From positions 124,001-188,000 of the forward strand of contig JAAOMT010000659.1 in NCBI GenBank assembly GCA_016748015.1: a stretch of 64,000 bases of DNA, read 5' to 3'. This DNA is from Geosiphon pyriformis uo1 (Eukaryota; Fungi; Glomeromycota). Positions 50,721 to 64,000 of the stretch are shown here, piece by piece. The position numbers and the translations under genes were made by a program. Positions within the stretch are counted from its first letter, which is position 1; each line of letters starts with the position of its first letter. Under the pieces are notes generated by a model. It was given only the letters and a program-made list of their open reading frames with translations, did not search any database and had not been told where the DNA came from.

Positions 50721-53700
50721 CATTTTATATATATAAAGTATGCAAGTTTTTTAATAATATAATAAAAAAATATAATATTTTTGAATTATTTTTCTGTAAA
50801 ATTTTATTAACATTATTAAAAAAAATTTGTCAGTTATTATTGAATTCATTATACCATATTTTATTTATGCACATAATAAAACTAATTTTATTTATCTAAA
50901 ATATTTTAATAGCCAACTTATTTCATTAATTCAAATATTTATAAATAAGAAATTGTATCAAAGAATACTACAGTATTATCATCTAAAAAAATCTACAAAC
51001 AAAATATGAAAAAATTCCAAAAAACTTTAGAATTTATTAAGCATAAAAAAGCACATATTTTTAAAATATAAATAATTTAAATTTTATGCTTATTTTATCA
51101 GATATGTTAATAAAAAATTCGGAATAAAAATTTATACATTACATTAAAGTATCATTTTTGTGTGATATAGTGTATAATTTACATACAAAAATGATTAAAT
51201 AATAAAAAGATTTAGCCCAAAATTTGTACAAGCTATATTAATTTTATCGATAAACATAATAACAATAAGTAATAAGAATTAAAAGCATTTAAAAAAGTTT
51301 TTTTTGACAAGGTTTATGTGATTTATAATTTGGTTATGTTGTAAGTTACATAATTAAATTTATTGGATTTTTTATAGCAAAGCTACCATATTTAGAATTT
51401 GCAATTGTAAATTATGTATATTTGTTTGCTTTTTACATTGTAAATTATTATACTGTAGGCTACTTTGTATTTTTAAGTCAAATTTGTTAAGACAGGATAC
51501 GTATTATAGTGGTAACTCATAAAAAATATCTTATGATTTATAATTGATATCTTATCCCAATAATTTATTTTGTAAAACAATTTAAATTAGCTTAGTTTCT
51601 TGTGCATTTTACAACATGTCTTTTATTTAACATGCAGCATATAATTAATACATCAAAAATGGCCATAAATAATGTGATTTTACAATTATGGAATTCTATA
51701 TCTTGAAAGATAATTAATATCATATATATAAGAATTTGAATTGTTTGAAAAAAATTAATGTACAACAGTTCTTTTATGTAAAAAAAATTTATGAAAAATG
51801 GGAATCTAATGATTAATTGCAAATTTTTAAGTAATGTAAATTTTACAATATCCCAGTTGATTATTTTTACAACCTATTCATAATTTAACAAATATAATAC
51901 TTTGTAAAAATCATTAAAAATATCCATAATTTTATATATGAGATACTTATTTTAACTTACCTCTTATGCAATATATTTTAATCAAAATCTTTTTGGTTGG
52001 TCAATTCGATTAGATTTGAATTCGCAGAAGTTAAAAGGATCATTTTCTTAAAACATAAAGAAATATTTCTAAAATTTTTATGCTTAATAGACCACATACA
52101 AATAATTGAAGTATTTTTCTGCAATATCTTCAAAATGTTTTTACAACTATTTTACTAAGGCATAAATTCAGGTTTATCAAAATTTTATTCAATTTTCATT
52201 CATATTTTTGCTAAATTTTTTCTTATCTTTAAGATTATATGCTAACCCAATTTGACATACTTGATTATTGTTTTTGTTACATTTTAATAAATTGCATCGT
52301 CATTAACTTAATTTCACTGTATTTAAATACGTTTTAAAGAGTTTACTAAGATTTTTTTGGTTATTATTTTTCAATTCAATTATGTGCACACGGATTTGAC
52401 ATTAGTTTTTCTAATTAAACTATTTTTTTTAGCCAATTTAGTTGTTGCAATTCAGTCTAACTTGGATGTAAACACAGTTCAAAAATATTTTTGAATTTTT
52501 AAGAAAATAAAAACTTTTATTACTATTGAAATTTTTTTAATATATGTTTTTATGTTCCTATTTAATAAGAGCTTATCAAGTTCCATCATTAAGCTGTAAC
52601 TAATTTTGAATTATTTTTTCACTGATGTCACTATTAGACATTTTATTGTTATAAAATGACTAAGTATGTTTGTTACTACCAGACTCTTTAAACTTTTAAC
52701 AAGTTTGGTTTCCTACTAGTTATATTCAATATTTTTTGTTTTGCTATTTTAACTTTTTGTTGGTATTTCCAACTGTCATGCTGCCAAAAAAATATCTGGG
52801 CGAAAAACTTTAAACTTTTTTTTGTATAGCGTAAAATAATTGAGGTAATAATTTTAAATAACCAAATAAAGAGAATAATTAATAAACTAGCAACTTTACC
52901 AAAAGCTGCATATTTAAGTGGTTTTTTATTTTTTGATCAAGAATCTTTTAATTTTTTAATGGTATTTTTTAAAAAATATGACATAATTAATAAGCTAATT
53001 TTTAAAAAAAACTCTAAATTTTAGATGTTTTTTGATCTGGTAAAAGTGTTTATATATTAATTATTTGTACATGTCAAATTTTACTATTACTATTTGTTAT
53101 TATTCTAAAAAAAAACAAATAAAGAAATTGCTCAAAAACTTTATTTTTGAATAATTCAAAGCAAACTTTATTATTTCGTAAATTAAAAAGTTATATTATT
53201 TAAAAACCTGTTAAAAATTTTATCAATTGTGCAAAAATAATAAACAATTGTTGCAAAAATAACAAAAAATTTGACGAAAATATATGAACAAACCAAAAAT
53301 TCTATTTTTTCAAAGTTAGTACTTAAAAAAAATAAATGTCACTATTTGAAATTTTTAATTTCTTTTTTTAAAACAATAATCAAGATTTTTTTACTCGCTT
53401 TAATTTCCCTATTATTTTTAATTTTCTAGTTAATTTTTCATTTAATTAATTATTCATTTAGTTATATTATTATTTTCTAAATATTAATTTTTTAGTTGAT
53501 TTTTTTAAAATTAATCATTTATTTAGTAAATGCTTTTACATTATTTTCTAATTTAATACATAAAATTAGATTCTTTATCTTTTTCCTGATAATTTTTTTC
53601 TTTTAGGGTATTTTGAATTTATAAATTTTTTATAGTTAATTTTAATTCAAGTGACAAATTTATTTTTTCTCATTTCTTTTGATTTTTTACCAGTTAGAAT

Positions 53701-54430
53701 TGTAATTGAATAAAAATTAAAATTATTCGCGAATTTGTGATTTCTTACTGCTACTTATTATTATCATATTATTTAATTGATAACAAAAATTAGTATATTT
53801 ATTATTTAAAAACCAATTTTGTAATCATTAAGTGTTCAATATAAGGTCAAATTGACTATTAGGATGTGATTCTCTATGATATTTAATTAAATCTCAACAT
53901 TCTAGTATTACATAGTAAATTTTAATATGATAGATATTATCACAGTTAAACTTTATCCTTGAATCAATATCAGATACATAATAACTATATTTATGATAAA
54001 AAATGAATGAATGTATATATTTAATTAATAATTACTATTTATCAATGTGCTTTCCAGAATATTTTTATTGCTTTTGGGATCTTAACCATGTTAGGATTTT
54101 GAAATATCGGGATTCCATTTATCCGTGGTTTATCAGTTTAGTTATATTATTACAATATAATTACTCTGATTAAAAGCTAATTTAAGAATTAAATGTATTC
54201 TTTTATATAAAGTTATTCTAATTAACTACTTCTTTTTCTTCAATAAACCTTTCCAAAATACTAATTACTTTTATTAAAGCAAAAACATTTTAGCATTCTC
54301 TAAAATTTTTAATGGGATATTAGCAGTGACTATATAGCTACATATAATTTTAAACTACTTATTAGGATAAGTGAATTATGTGGGGACTAATATTGAAACA
54401 AGAATATTGTTCGTCATGTGAATATATTTT

Positions 54431-56303
54431 CTATATTTGTGATCGAATTTCATGTGCGGATACTCGGTCCCTGCCCGTCTGTGTACGATCCGAAAGTGGT
54501 TGATGTGCCGAATTGTGATCAACATAGGAATGATTGAGGTTTGTAGGTGGGGGTTTTCGAATTTTAAAGAAATAAAATATCCCAATTAGTGTAAAAATTA
54601 TTATCCCTCCTGCGACTGATAATCCTATTGCTAAAGCTTTGTTTGTTGTTTTTGTTGTTGTTGTTGTTGAATGAGGAATATCTGTTGATGAATTCGAAAT
54701 TAAAGTGGAATTTGCGTTTTGAGACGTAGAGTTTGGCGTGAGTAAAGATTTAAATGGTGGCCATGTCAATTCTAGGTTTTTTGGTGTATATGAAGTTTCC
54801 CAGACCCAAGTTGTCGTATCCAAGACGAAAAAATATTGTGCTGTGGTAGGATTAGGCTTAAGTTTAAATTTAGGTAAAAAAAATCATATTAAATATCTAA
54901 TTATTTGGAAAATAACCGAAAAACAGTGGAAAATTTAGATGCTTACCACATATCCTTTTTTTTTTAAAAAGATATTCATGAAAAAGAAGCATAATTAGAA
55001 TTGGAAAAAATAAATTTCCAAAAAACAAAGTATTAATTTATTTTTACTTACCATGCAAAAGAATGATATTAGTACCCACNNNNNNNNNNNNNNNNNNNNN
55101 NNNNNNNNNNNNNNNNNNNNNNNNNNNNNNNNNNNNNNNNNNNNNNNNNNNNNNNNNNNNNNNNNNNNNNNNNNNNNNNNNNNNNNNNNNNNNNNNNNNN
55201 NNNNNNNNNNNNNNNNNNNNNNNNNNNNNNNNNNNNNNNNNNNNNNNNNNNNNNNNNNNNNNNNNNNNNNNNNNNNNNNNNNNNNNNNNNNNNNNNNNNN
55301 NNNNNNNNNNNNNNNNNNNNNNNNNNNNNNNNNNNNNNNNNNNNNNNNNNNNNNNNNNNNNNNNNNNNNNNNNNNNNNNNNNNNNNNNNNNNNNNNNNNN
55401 NNNNNNNNNNNNNNNNNNNNNNNNNNNNNNNNNNNNNNNNNNNNNNNNNNNNNNNNNNNNNNNNNNNNNNNNNNNNNNNNNNNNNNNNNNNNNNNNNNNN
55501 NNNNNNNNNNNNNNNNNNNNNNNNNNNNNNNNNNNNNNNNNNNNNNNNNNNNNNNNNNNNNNNNNNNNNNNNNNNNNNNNNNNNNNNNNNNNNNNNNNNN
55601 NNNNNNNNNNNNNNNNNNNNNNNNNNNNNNNNNNNNNNNNNNNNNNNNNNNNNNNNNNNNNNNNNNNNNNNNNNNNNNNNNNNNNNNNNNNNNNNNNNNN
55701 NNNNNNNAGTCGTATCTGGATTTGACCATTCTGATGAAGTGGTATTGAAATAAAATAAAGAATTTTCAGGCATTGGGCTAGTCCCTGTTTCACCTCCAAA
55801 TATTACTAAAATTTCATTATTTTTTCCACCATATGTTGCTGAATGTCGAGCTACTTTTGGTGCAAGATTTGAAGACTCGACTTTTTTCCACGGTGGTGAG
55901 AAAACATCGAATGATTGTGTTATATCTAAGGTCCAGAGGTCGTTACTATCTGTTGTATTGTCTACTAATTTATTTCCGAAATCAGTTTTTCCACCGTATA
56001 AATAAAGACTAGAGAGTGAAAGAGAAAAAAAACTTAGGGAATAGAATCAAATAAGAGTTCCACATTTTTATGATTTAAACTGAGTTAAACTTACGTTTTA
56101 TCAATTAACGTAGCAGAATGGCAACTTTAGAGGTTTAAAATAAAGTCAAGTCATGTTAAATTGATTAATATTGGGAAAAATTGAATTTAAAAAAAGAAGA
56201 CGAACCATCGTTGATATGATACATCAACACTCTCGGCTGTCAAACTTAGAATCGACGAAATCATCCATATCTTTACAAAAATTATGAAAAACTTTTTAAA
56301 CAT
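54431..56303 (-). CDS. Kelch/galactose-oxidase-repeat type I membrane protein (multi-exon, spans an assembly gap)
   Basis: Exons 56303-56206 (signal-peptide-like), 56124-56095 (RCCHSATLIDK), 56008-gap (LYLYGG...W; RHSA...LVIFGG...W), gap-55052, 54954-54947, and 54856-54431 (S/T-rich stalk, TM AIGLSVAGGIIIFTLIGIFYFF, basic stop-transfer KIRK). All visible junctions are GT-AG and in frame. Confidence 0.85.
55080..55707. other. Assembly gap (628 N)
   Basis: Run of N inside the Kelch gene. Confidence 1.
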
Positions 56304-56389
56304 TATAAAGAATTCCTTTGAATATCATATAAGTTGAGTGTAATTGGTGATAGTTTCAATTTCAAGCTAAAAGTGTAAATTAAATACCT

Positions 56390-56615
56390 TTTATAAAAAA
56401 AATGCTAAATTTGTTTTTAAATTGATATTAGTAATAATTAATAAGAAATCTGAAACATTAGATTGTTTAAACGGGTAGAGATAGTCCGGAATTTAAATTT
56501 CCATGTCTTTTATTGGTGTTCTTAATTTAAAATAAAATGCTAATTCTGTTTTTAAACTCAAAATTAATTTAGGATCGGAAAAATCTAAAGCTCTAGATTC
56601 CCTAAACGGGTAGAG
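56390..56615. repeat. Imperfect tandem duplication (135-bp period) upstream of the Kelch gene
   Basis: AAAATGCTAA.T.TGTTTTTAAA ... TAAACGGGTAGAG occurs twice; the 13-mer is at 56468-56480 and 56603-56615. Confidence 0.7.
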
Positions 56616-58545
56616 CTCGAACATGGAGTCACGCGTAAAATTCTAAATGCATAATCCAGTTATAAGGTTGCAGATGGTCTTCATGGACTTCCAAAAATTA
56701 TTTTTAAATGTCAAAACATGAAATATAAAATCCTTTATTAGTGATAATCTTAATAATGGGTTTAATGTCAGGTTTTATTTTGAATTTCATGAGTCAGTAA
56801 CACTGATTTAATTAAAACATTATTTAGAAACTGTTTTATGAAACTAATTAATCTCAAGTAAAAAAAATAAAAAAGAGTTCCGGTATATATCACATTTTGG
56901 GAATGAGAAACAACTGATTTTCTGCTCTATCAAAATGACGCAATATGACCTCTTGGGAGCTTTTCTATTTGCTGCTCAAATGAATGGTGGTGTGTTGTAT
57001 CTTTTGTAGGACAAATCTAAAATTGAAAAAGATTAACAAATTCAAATATTATTACTTCGAATTAAATATAACACAGCGTATAATAGTGCTTTATGGTAGA
57101 TCATTTACCAGAACTCTATATAGAGGAAGAAAATGCACTTGTTTGTGAATTTTAATAATCAAAATGGAATCTAAAATTATGTATTAAATGTCTCGAATTG
57201 AAATTGAAATTGAAATTAGAATGCATATTATGGTGCTGATTTTACTACCTTACAAGCCAATACTTTTTAGCTGCTACATTAAAAAAAATAAGATTATAGT
57301 TTCTATCAAGATTTTTTAATGAAAGGTTATTAAGATCTAACTGAATAAAGGAACCGCTATTTTGGTAAAAATTTGTAGTTTTAATAATTTCTTTGAAAAT
57401 TCATTTATTAATGCTACTACTTATCCCCTTATTATAAAGAAGCAATTTTGATCAGAGCGTGAAATAGAAATTACTTATTTCGAAATAATTCCATTTCCCA
57501 ATAATAATATTTCCATCTATCAAATAATGAAACAAATTAATTCTGAGGCAAAGTATATATGGAAAGAATTTTAATCTCGATTCAGATAAGAAAACTATAA
57601 TAGTAGAAATTATATTTAAAAATAACATTTCATTGTCACTTATTTTAAATTTTATAAAAGACTAACAGCATAATGAAATCATCAAGAAAATATTTTCAAA
57701 TTTAAACCAGGTAAATGTACGTTTTATAGATTAATTAATTATTGAGATTGAGTATTTTTAATAGTTTTATTAGCTTTTGGTTCTCTGTTCAAGCACTTAA
57801 TAATATTAAAAAAACTGTTTTAGGGAGAGGTTTAAAAGAATATTTTAATAAAAAATAAAAGCAGAAAGGAAAATCTTTTTATTAAATCAATTTGGGTAAA
57901 GGAAATTTTAGATGGTAAGGTTTGGAAAAAAGTTTTGAAGACTTTGAATCATGAGGCTTTGAGGAATAATAATAATATGTTGAGATTTAAAAATGTGTTT
58001 AAAAAAGTATTTAATATAATATTATAATATCAAATAATCATATATGTAATTATATAAAAACATTAAAAAATTTCTAGAAAATATTATCTTTGAGAATAAC
58101 AATTTCATTTTTGTTGAAATATTTCTTGCTTTTCCGATTGTATTGTTTAAACACAAATTTATTAATTCATGTAATGTGAAAATCCGTCTTTCAAATAAGT
58201 GTGCACAAGATTACGACCAAAATATTTTATTTAAAAAGCTTTTTAGTGTTAAGGCGGGATGAAACTAGAAGGAACCAGGTAAGGTGGAAATAAAACAAAT
58301 GAGCTCATCTAAGCTTCTATAAATTTTTAAAAAATGAGAAATCAATGTGAATGTTCCAAATCATAATTTATATGCATTTAGCAAAAGACGTGTCAACACA
58401 GCAATATTAAATAATTCTGATAATAAAAATATAAAAATTTTAATTATCAAACTATTTTAACTTATAGAATTGGGCTTTCACTTATAGGTAATAGGGATGA
58501 ATTCTAAATCTGTAGCAGATTTAAAAAAATATCTACTTTCTTATC

Positions 58546-58569
58546 AATAATAATAATAATAATAATAAT

Positions 58570-58607
<38 letters not shown>
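58546..58607. repeat. (AAT)n microsatellite
   Basis: About 20 units with one interruption. Confidence 0.95.
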
Positions 58608-58608
<1 letters not shown>

Positions 58609-60095
58609 GTAATATAAAAAGTTGGAATCGCGGTAAAAATGAAAAAATTGAAGAATAGGAACAAAAAATTTTTTATATATATTATTAATTAGTTGAATTC
58701 TAATCTATAAACATATTGTGATTAAGTCGATAATTGGTAATGGGGTTGTGATTAAAAAAGGCTATTTTTTTAAGTAAAAAAATGGCATACTTTTACTCAT
58801 CTGATTCTCGTACGCAAATTTATTTTGCTAGCTTTGCCACAATACTTTTATTTTCCATAATACTCTATATGAAATTTTATTTATTTATATGTAATTATAT
58901 ACCTTTTTGTCTTTAAATTAATATTAATCTTAATAACTAAATATTGATTTCTTAATAAGATAAAATACATTATGGTATTTATAATATATTCAGAGAGTAT
59001 GATTAATAAAAAATATTATTATGCAAACCGAAATTTCCACTTATATGGAATATAATTCATTCATTTTGTAGGGCAATGTATTTTGAACACAAAAATTAAA
59101 GTTAAGAAATTTAAATAATCTTTAAATTATTGAGACTTATTATAGCATAGGGGAAGGTATATTCATAATAATCATATCAAATCTAAATTATGAACTATGA
59201 AATATTCTCAATAAAAAGATTGATGGTACAATGCTGGAAGTCTAAATTTCAACTCGTTTCGATATTGGAGCACTAGCGAGATTAAAGTTGACATACTTTG
59301 AATATAAGAGATTTAAAGCATCAATACCCGACAGAAGAGAGCAGAGTAAATAACGTAGTGAGTTTCTCATGTTGCCAAAACCATAGAATATATTCATAAT
59401 TTTTGCTAATCTCTATAATTAAATGTATATGTTATTAATTCACTATTAAAAATAAAGATATAACTAAAAGATAATGCTAATTTATAAAGATTTTTGCAAA
59501 TCGTAAGGAATTTACTAAAAAAAGTTGAAACCTATGAGAGTTGTCTTGGTAAATTATTTTTTTAGATCTTTATATTTTTTTAAAACTGTTGCTAACTGAA
59601 ATATTAGAGCTTATGTGATTTACTTAATTAAATTTCTACAATAAATTCTTTTATTTATTATACATATAATCTAATTTTTGAAAGATTAAATTAAAAATAT
59701 TACTAGATTTTCAGTTTGCATTATTATTAACAATTTAATGATGATAACTTCTTCACAAATTAGTTTTTATATTATCTTTATTAAAAATAGAATTGCAAAT
59801 GTGACAAATAAGTATTATCTTAGTTGTATTTAATTGTAACCATATAATTTGAAATAGTCATCAAGTAAAAATTAAACATTACTTTAATTGAAACTGATCG
59901 AGGTGATATCTTTATCTTTTATGTATGCAATCTTTTTTTCAATTAAATGTATTTTTATTTGACTAATTAGTTATTTCACTTTTTTAATAATATTTAAATG
60001 ATTTTATTATTTTTGTTTTTAATTTATAAAAGCTTTAAAAGATGATATAAATTTAATTGGCATGACATTTGTATTCTTATAAATCCTGTTATATA

Positions 60096-60158
60096 TTTTA
60101 TTTTATTTAATTTAATTTATTTTATTTTATTTTATTTTATTTAATTTTATTTTATTTA
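60096..60158. repeat. (TTTTA/TTTAA)n microsatellite
   Basis: Pentamer repeats visible directly. Confidence 0.85.
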
Positions 60159-61599
60159 AGAAAATAATAGATTGATCCCCAAATTTGTCTCTAAGAAAAA
60201 CTTTTTTATTTAATAAAATGTTTTTAAATAATATTAAAACAAAATAGTGAAAATTATATACATGTATAATAATTTATTAATCTTAAATCAATTTTGTTAA
60301 ATAGTATGTAAAAAACTTTGTCAATAAAGATAACATTAACATAAATTCTTAGTCAAACTAGTTGTAAATTCTCAAACTCTCATATATATATTTTTGAATT
60401 GTTCATAATTTGCCAAATTATAAAAAACATATTGTCAAAAAAGTAAATAATAATATTAACAAAAACTTAATTAATTTTGGCTAAAAACTTAAATCTAAAA
60501 TAAATGATTAATCATTTATTGAATTCATTTTTCTAAATTCAATTTGGATATAATTTCTTTTTAGTAATTTTTATCATTTAAGAATATGCAATAGCAAGTT
60601 TGAATCTAATTTTTAATATTTTTAATTATTAAGGTAACTTTTATTATTATTTCAAAGTTATTACTTTTTATTTTATTAATATTTACAATTTATTAGTTAT
60701 TTTAAATAGTGCTTAATTAAAGAGCATGCTAAATTAGAATAGGTTCTTTTATATTTTTATATTTTTATATATATTAATAATTGCGTCAATTATAATTTAT
60801 TATATATTACGTATTACAGTGCTTTGATTTCGACTGTTATAATAAAATAATTTTCGTGTATGATTTTACCGGCTGTGAGAAGTTAACTTGTGTGGGTGAC
60901 CAGGATAATTAATATTCAGAATCTTGCTATGATTGAGAATGAGGGTGGCAAAGCATTGTAGCAGTGAATGGGAACACCAGTTACTCTGTGACAATTTAGT
61001 TGAATTGTAATGACTATAAAAGTACTTAAGAACTTAACAGTTGAATTTTATAGCGAATAAACAAAAATGGGTGACAGCAGAAATAACTAAGAGGTTTCGT
61101 GATATTGATAGTATTATCAATATAATCCATGTATCTGAATTCATATTGAAACGTTTGGAATTTTGACATTAAATTAAATTAAGATAATTAAAAATTTTAA
61201 TTTTTCAAAATTAATACTCTCAAGATTTTCTTACACATATTCGAATCGAAAATTATATGCTTTTTGAATACGTTTTAAAATATTTTAAAAGTAGTAGCAA
61301 ATTCTTATTACAACTATCACAATTTTTTTACTAAAGAATCCAATACTCTGTACACGAATTTCGATATCTTACATCTACTTGGTACAAAATTATAATTGAA
61401 AAATAATCTTTAAAATCTTGGTTACCTAGATGGAGTATGCTAAATATAAAAACTATTATTTGAAATTTCAGTAGACTAATGCTAAGAAATTTGCTTGAAC
61501 TAATGTAAATTTTATATTTTTATAAATACTTTGTAAAATCAAAATTTTAAACTGTCGAAATCAAAATCTTTTAAAGCCATCCAATCACTCACACTGTGT

Positions 61600-64000
61600 T
61601 CAATAAATCCACATCTGTTCCCAGTCACGTAATTGATTTTCCCAATCATCGGGCATTATTATACTTGATGGTTCGATATCTTGCAATTCGTCTTGTTCAT
61701 TATCCATCCTATATTAATTTAGTTCATTAGTAGGTTCATCAGTAGAAGGTTTATCGGTAGACTCATCGGCAACCTCATCGATAGGTGGTGCATTGGATCA
61801 GTTGAACAAGGTATTGTTCGTGGAAATTCGTTTTTTTCGTTGAAAAAAGTTAATTGAAGCATGAATCTGGCTTATAGCTAATACTTTTTCGTTCTAAATT
61901 TTAGAAAACAATAAGTTAGTTTATTTTAATAAAGAATAAATAAAAAAAACCTTATCTGGAGATGGTTTCGCCGGTTAATATGAATAAATCCTATTGAATT
62001 CCATAGTCGCTCTATAGATCCTGCATTGACACAAATTCCAAATAAACGTATTGCCAAAGGACCTAATTCTCTAGTTGAAGAGGAAGCAAATTCCCAAAAC
62101 CCCAATATATTTTCTTCAAATTGTTCATACGTTGTAAGATCAAAGGGATAATTTCGTTTTCTATATTCCTCTAGCTCAAGCAAAATGCAAATTGGCCGGC
62201 ATTCAAACCAGGCCTTATAATAATAGGTAATAAATTGAGCAAGATATGTAAAGTTCAAATTTTCAGTATTAGTTCTGAACCATGTATCACGAATATTTGG
62301 ATTTAAAAGAAAAGTCAACAATAATAATGGTTGTTCCCATTGCTCTCATCTTCACTCTAATTGTCAGATCATACATTGTGCCAAATCCTGATCTGAATAT
62401 TCTTCCCAAATTTTCAAAATCCCACCGAAAGCTTGTAATACTTCGTAAAGACGAGCAGTATCTGATTGTAATTTGTTGAGAGCTCCACAATAAGAAAGAA
62501 GCAAAAAATGCAGCCGCGTTATCGATTGCCAGAAATTGTCGTTAAGCAGAATCAATGTTATATTTCGTGGCAGATAAAGTTCATCGAGGTGGGTTGAAGG
62601 TTAACTTGATTCTTCATTACCAGTTGTAAGGCCTAGAGGTAATTCATGGGTGGTAGCTAGATTCTTGAAAAATTTAATGTTAAATTAAATCTTCAATTAA
62701 ATTAATAAATCTATAATTATATACTTACTCTTGAAGCTTGGCGAGATTTTATTAGACTTTTAAGACAATAACAATAAGAATTCCAACGAGTATCACCTGG
62801 ACAAACCAAGGTAATATAATTCGAATATATCCGTTTTTGTAATTCTCGAAGCTTTCCAATAAAATATTAATGAACTGCGTTACTAAAATAACTGACTATT
62901 GTTATTGTTTGTTTCGATGCGGTTTTGAATTCGTTAGATTCCTTGAATATATCACCCACGGCAAGATTACATTGATGAGCGAAACATGGAAGGAAAACAA
63001 ATTTTGGATATTGCAATCGTAGCCGGCGTCTGTTCAAAATAGTAATTAGAATATAAATTTTTAAAAAGAAATAATATATTATATTTACCTCGCAGCAGCA
63101 TATGCTGGTGCACTATCAGAAACAATTGCTAATAATTTAGCCCCTATATCTGACGCGTCTTTGATCATACTTTTAATTTTAGGAATAACTTCAATCATTC
63201 ATTCTCGTTCTGAGCTTATATCGATTGCCTCCCAAATTTGAACTTTGCTGGTTGATAAGATAACGAGCCAAAAATGTGTTGTTTTAGATCATTTTTCCAT
63301 CCGTCAAATGCTAAGGTAAACTTCAATGCTGTCTTCTTTTAGTTTTTGTTCACGTGACATAATCAAATTGGCTCTTTCAATATCTAGGATATGATTAGAT
63401 AGAGCACGTCGGCCAGGAAGGATTAGAGTTGGATTTAGAAACTTAAAAAACTCTTTATTTGCTGGATTTGTCATCTATTGGAAAGCCCATCCATTTGATA
63501 TTTTCATGTGAAGCAATATTTGTTCAAATTTTGGTTTCTCTTTTGCCGTAATTTTTCTAACAACAAAATTACTTATCGAATTCGATCGTGTTCTTCTTGA
63601 ACTTTGAGATGATGTAAGCATGGTAGAAGAAACATTGGAGATTACATCGCTTGTGTGAATATCATCGTCTATTAAAAAATTTAATTATTTATGTCTAACA
63701 CAACATACAGAATTACTAACTACTCACCTGATATGCTAGTGTTTCGGCGTTTTTTTGAACTTTGAGAAGTATCTGTTTCATTATCCGTCTTATTACAATA
63801 CGCGTCTACCACTTCTTGAGATTCTAGCTTAGCACAAAAATACGTGGATTTTTTTAGGTGATTTCGGACAGTATTTTTTTTTATTAGTGACCAGGTTTTT
63901 TAGAGCTTCTTCTTGACCGAGAGCTTCATCGCAAGCTTTGCATGTGCCGTAAGTATTGTGTTTATTCGTAGCTTTTACGCCAAGTATAATGATATCGTTC
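61600..64000 (-). mobile_element. hAT-superfamily transposase gene (intron-containing, mildly disrupted, 5' end outside the window)
   Basis: BED-like CKAC...H (about 63860-63945), TLAFDGWKN, IVSDSA, PCFAHQCNL, TRWNS, and the hATC region FWE...LAIRLFGICVNAGSIERLW. Apparent introns at about 63670-63727, 63030-63088, 62665-62728 and 61894-61950. A few stops and frameshifts. Confidence 0.88.

Noticed and set aside
47950-53100. Sola-like (CDTC at about 48545) and MULE-like relics on the minus strand
   Set aside because: Only isolated weak motif resemblances were seen, which cannot be supported without a consensus search.
54995-55799. 200+ aa ORFs in the ORF track
   Set aside because: These are artefacts of the N gap.

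Overview
Very AT-rich eukaryotic fungal DNA with GT-AG introns. The protein families and repeat landscape point to Glomeromycota, and from memory the retroelements resemble Geosiphon-type families; this organism call is an inference. Positions 1-28,873 form one nested retroelement stack that can be resolved from target-site duplications (TSDs). An old minus-strand Ty3/Gypsy (A) carries a solo LTR (846-1755) and two full-length ~6.76 kb RNase H-bearing LINEs (3003-9768 and 10509-28418). The second LINE is interrupted by a complete 11.15 kb Gypsy (B, 12986-24137), which itself carries an inverted solo LTR (21535-22634). Gypsy B has an unusual layout: gag, protease, multi-CxxC domain, dUTPase, RT, RNase H, an apparently separate integrase ORF, and an extra non-env ORF3. 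The rest of the window holds a DD34E Tc1 element, another IS630/Tc1-like relic, a bromodomain pseudogene, another solo LTR, decayed Gypsy and LINE scraps, and an intron-containing hAT transposase. There are two cellular-type genes: a BTB-BACK-TLDc gene with one premature TAG, and a Kelch-repeat type I membrane protein with an 8-nt micro-exon that spans an assembly gap. The most striking signal is repeat-restricted C>T/G>A hypermutation in several sequence contexts: the first 300 nt of the paired LTRs of Gypsy B differ by 39 transitions, 1 transversion and 0 indels. This resembles RIP in a lineage where RIP is not established. No rRNA, tRNA or CRISPR was found.
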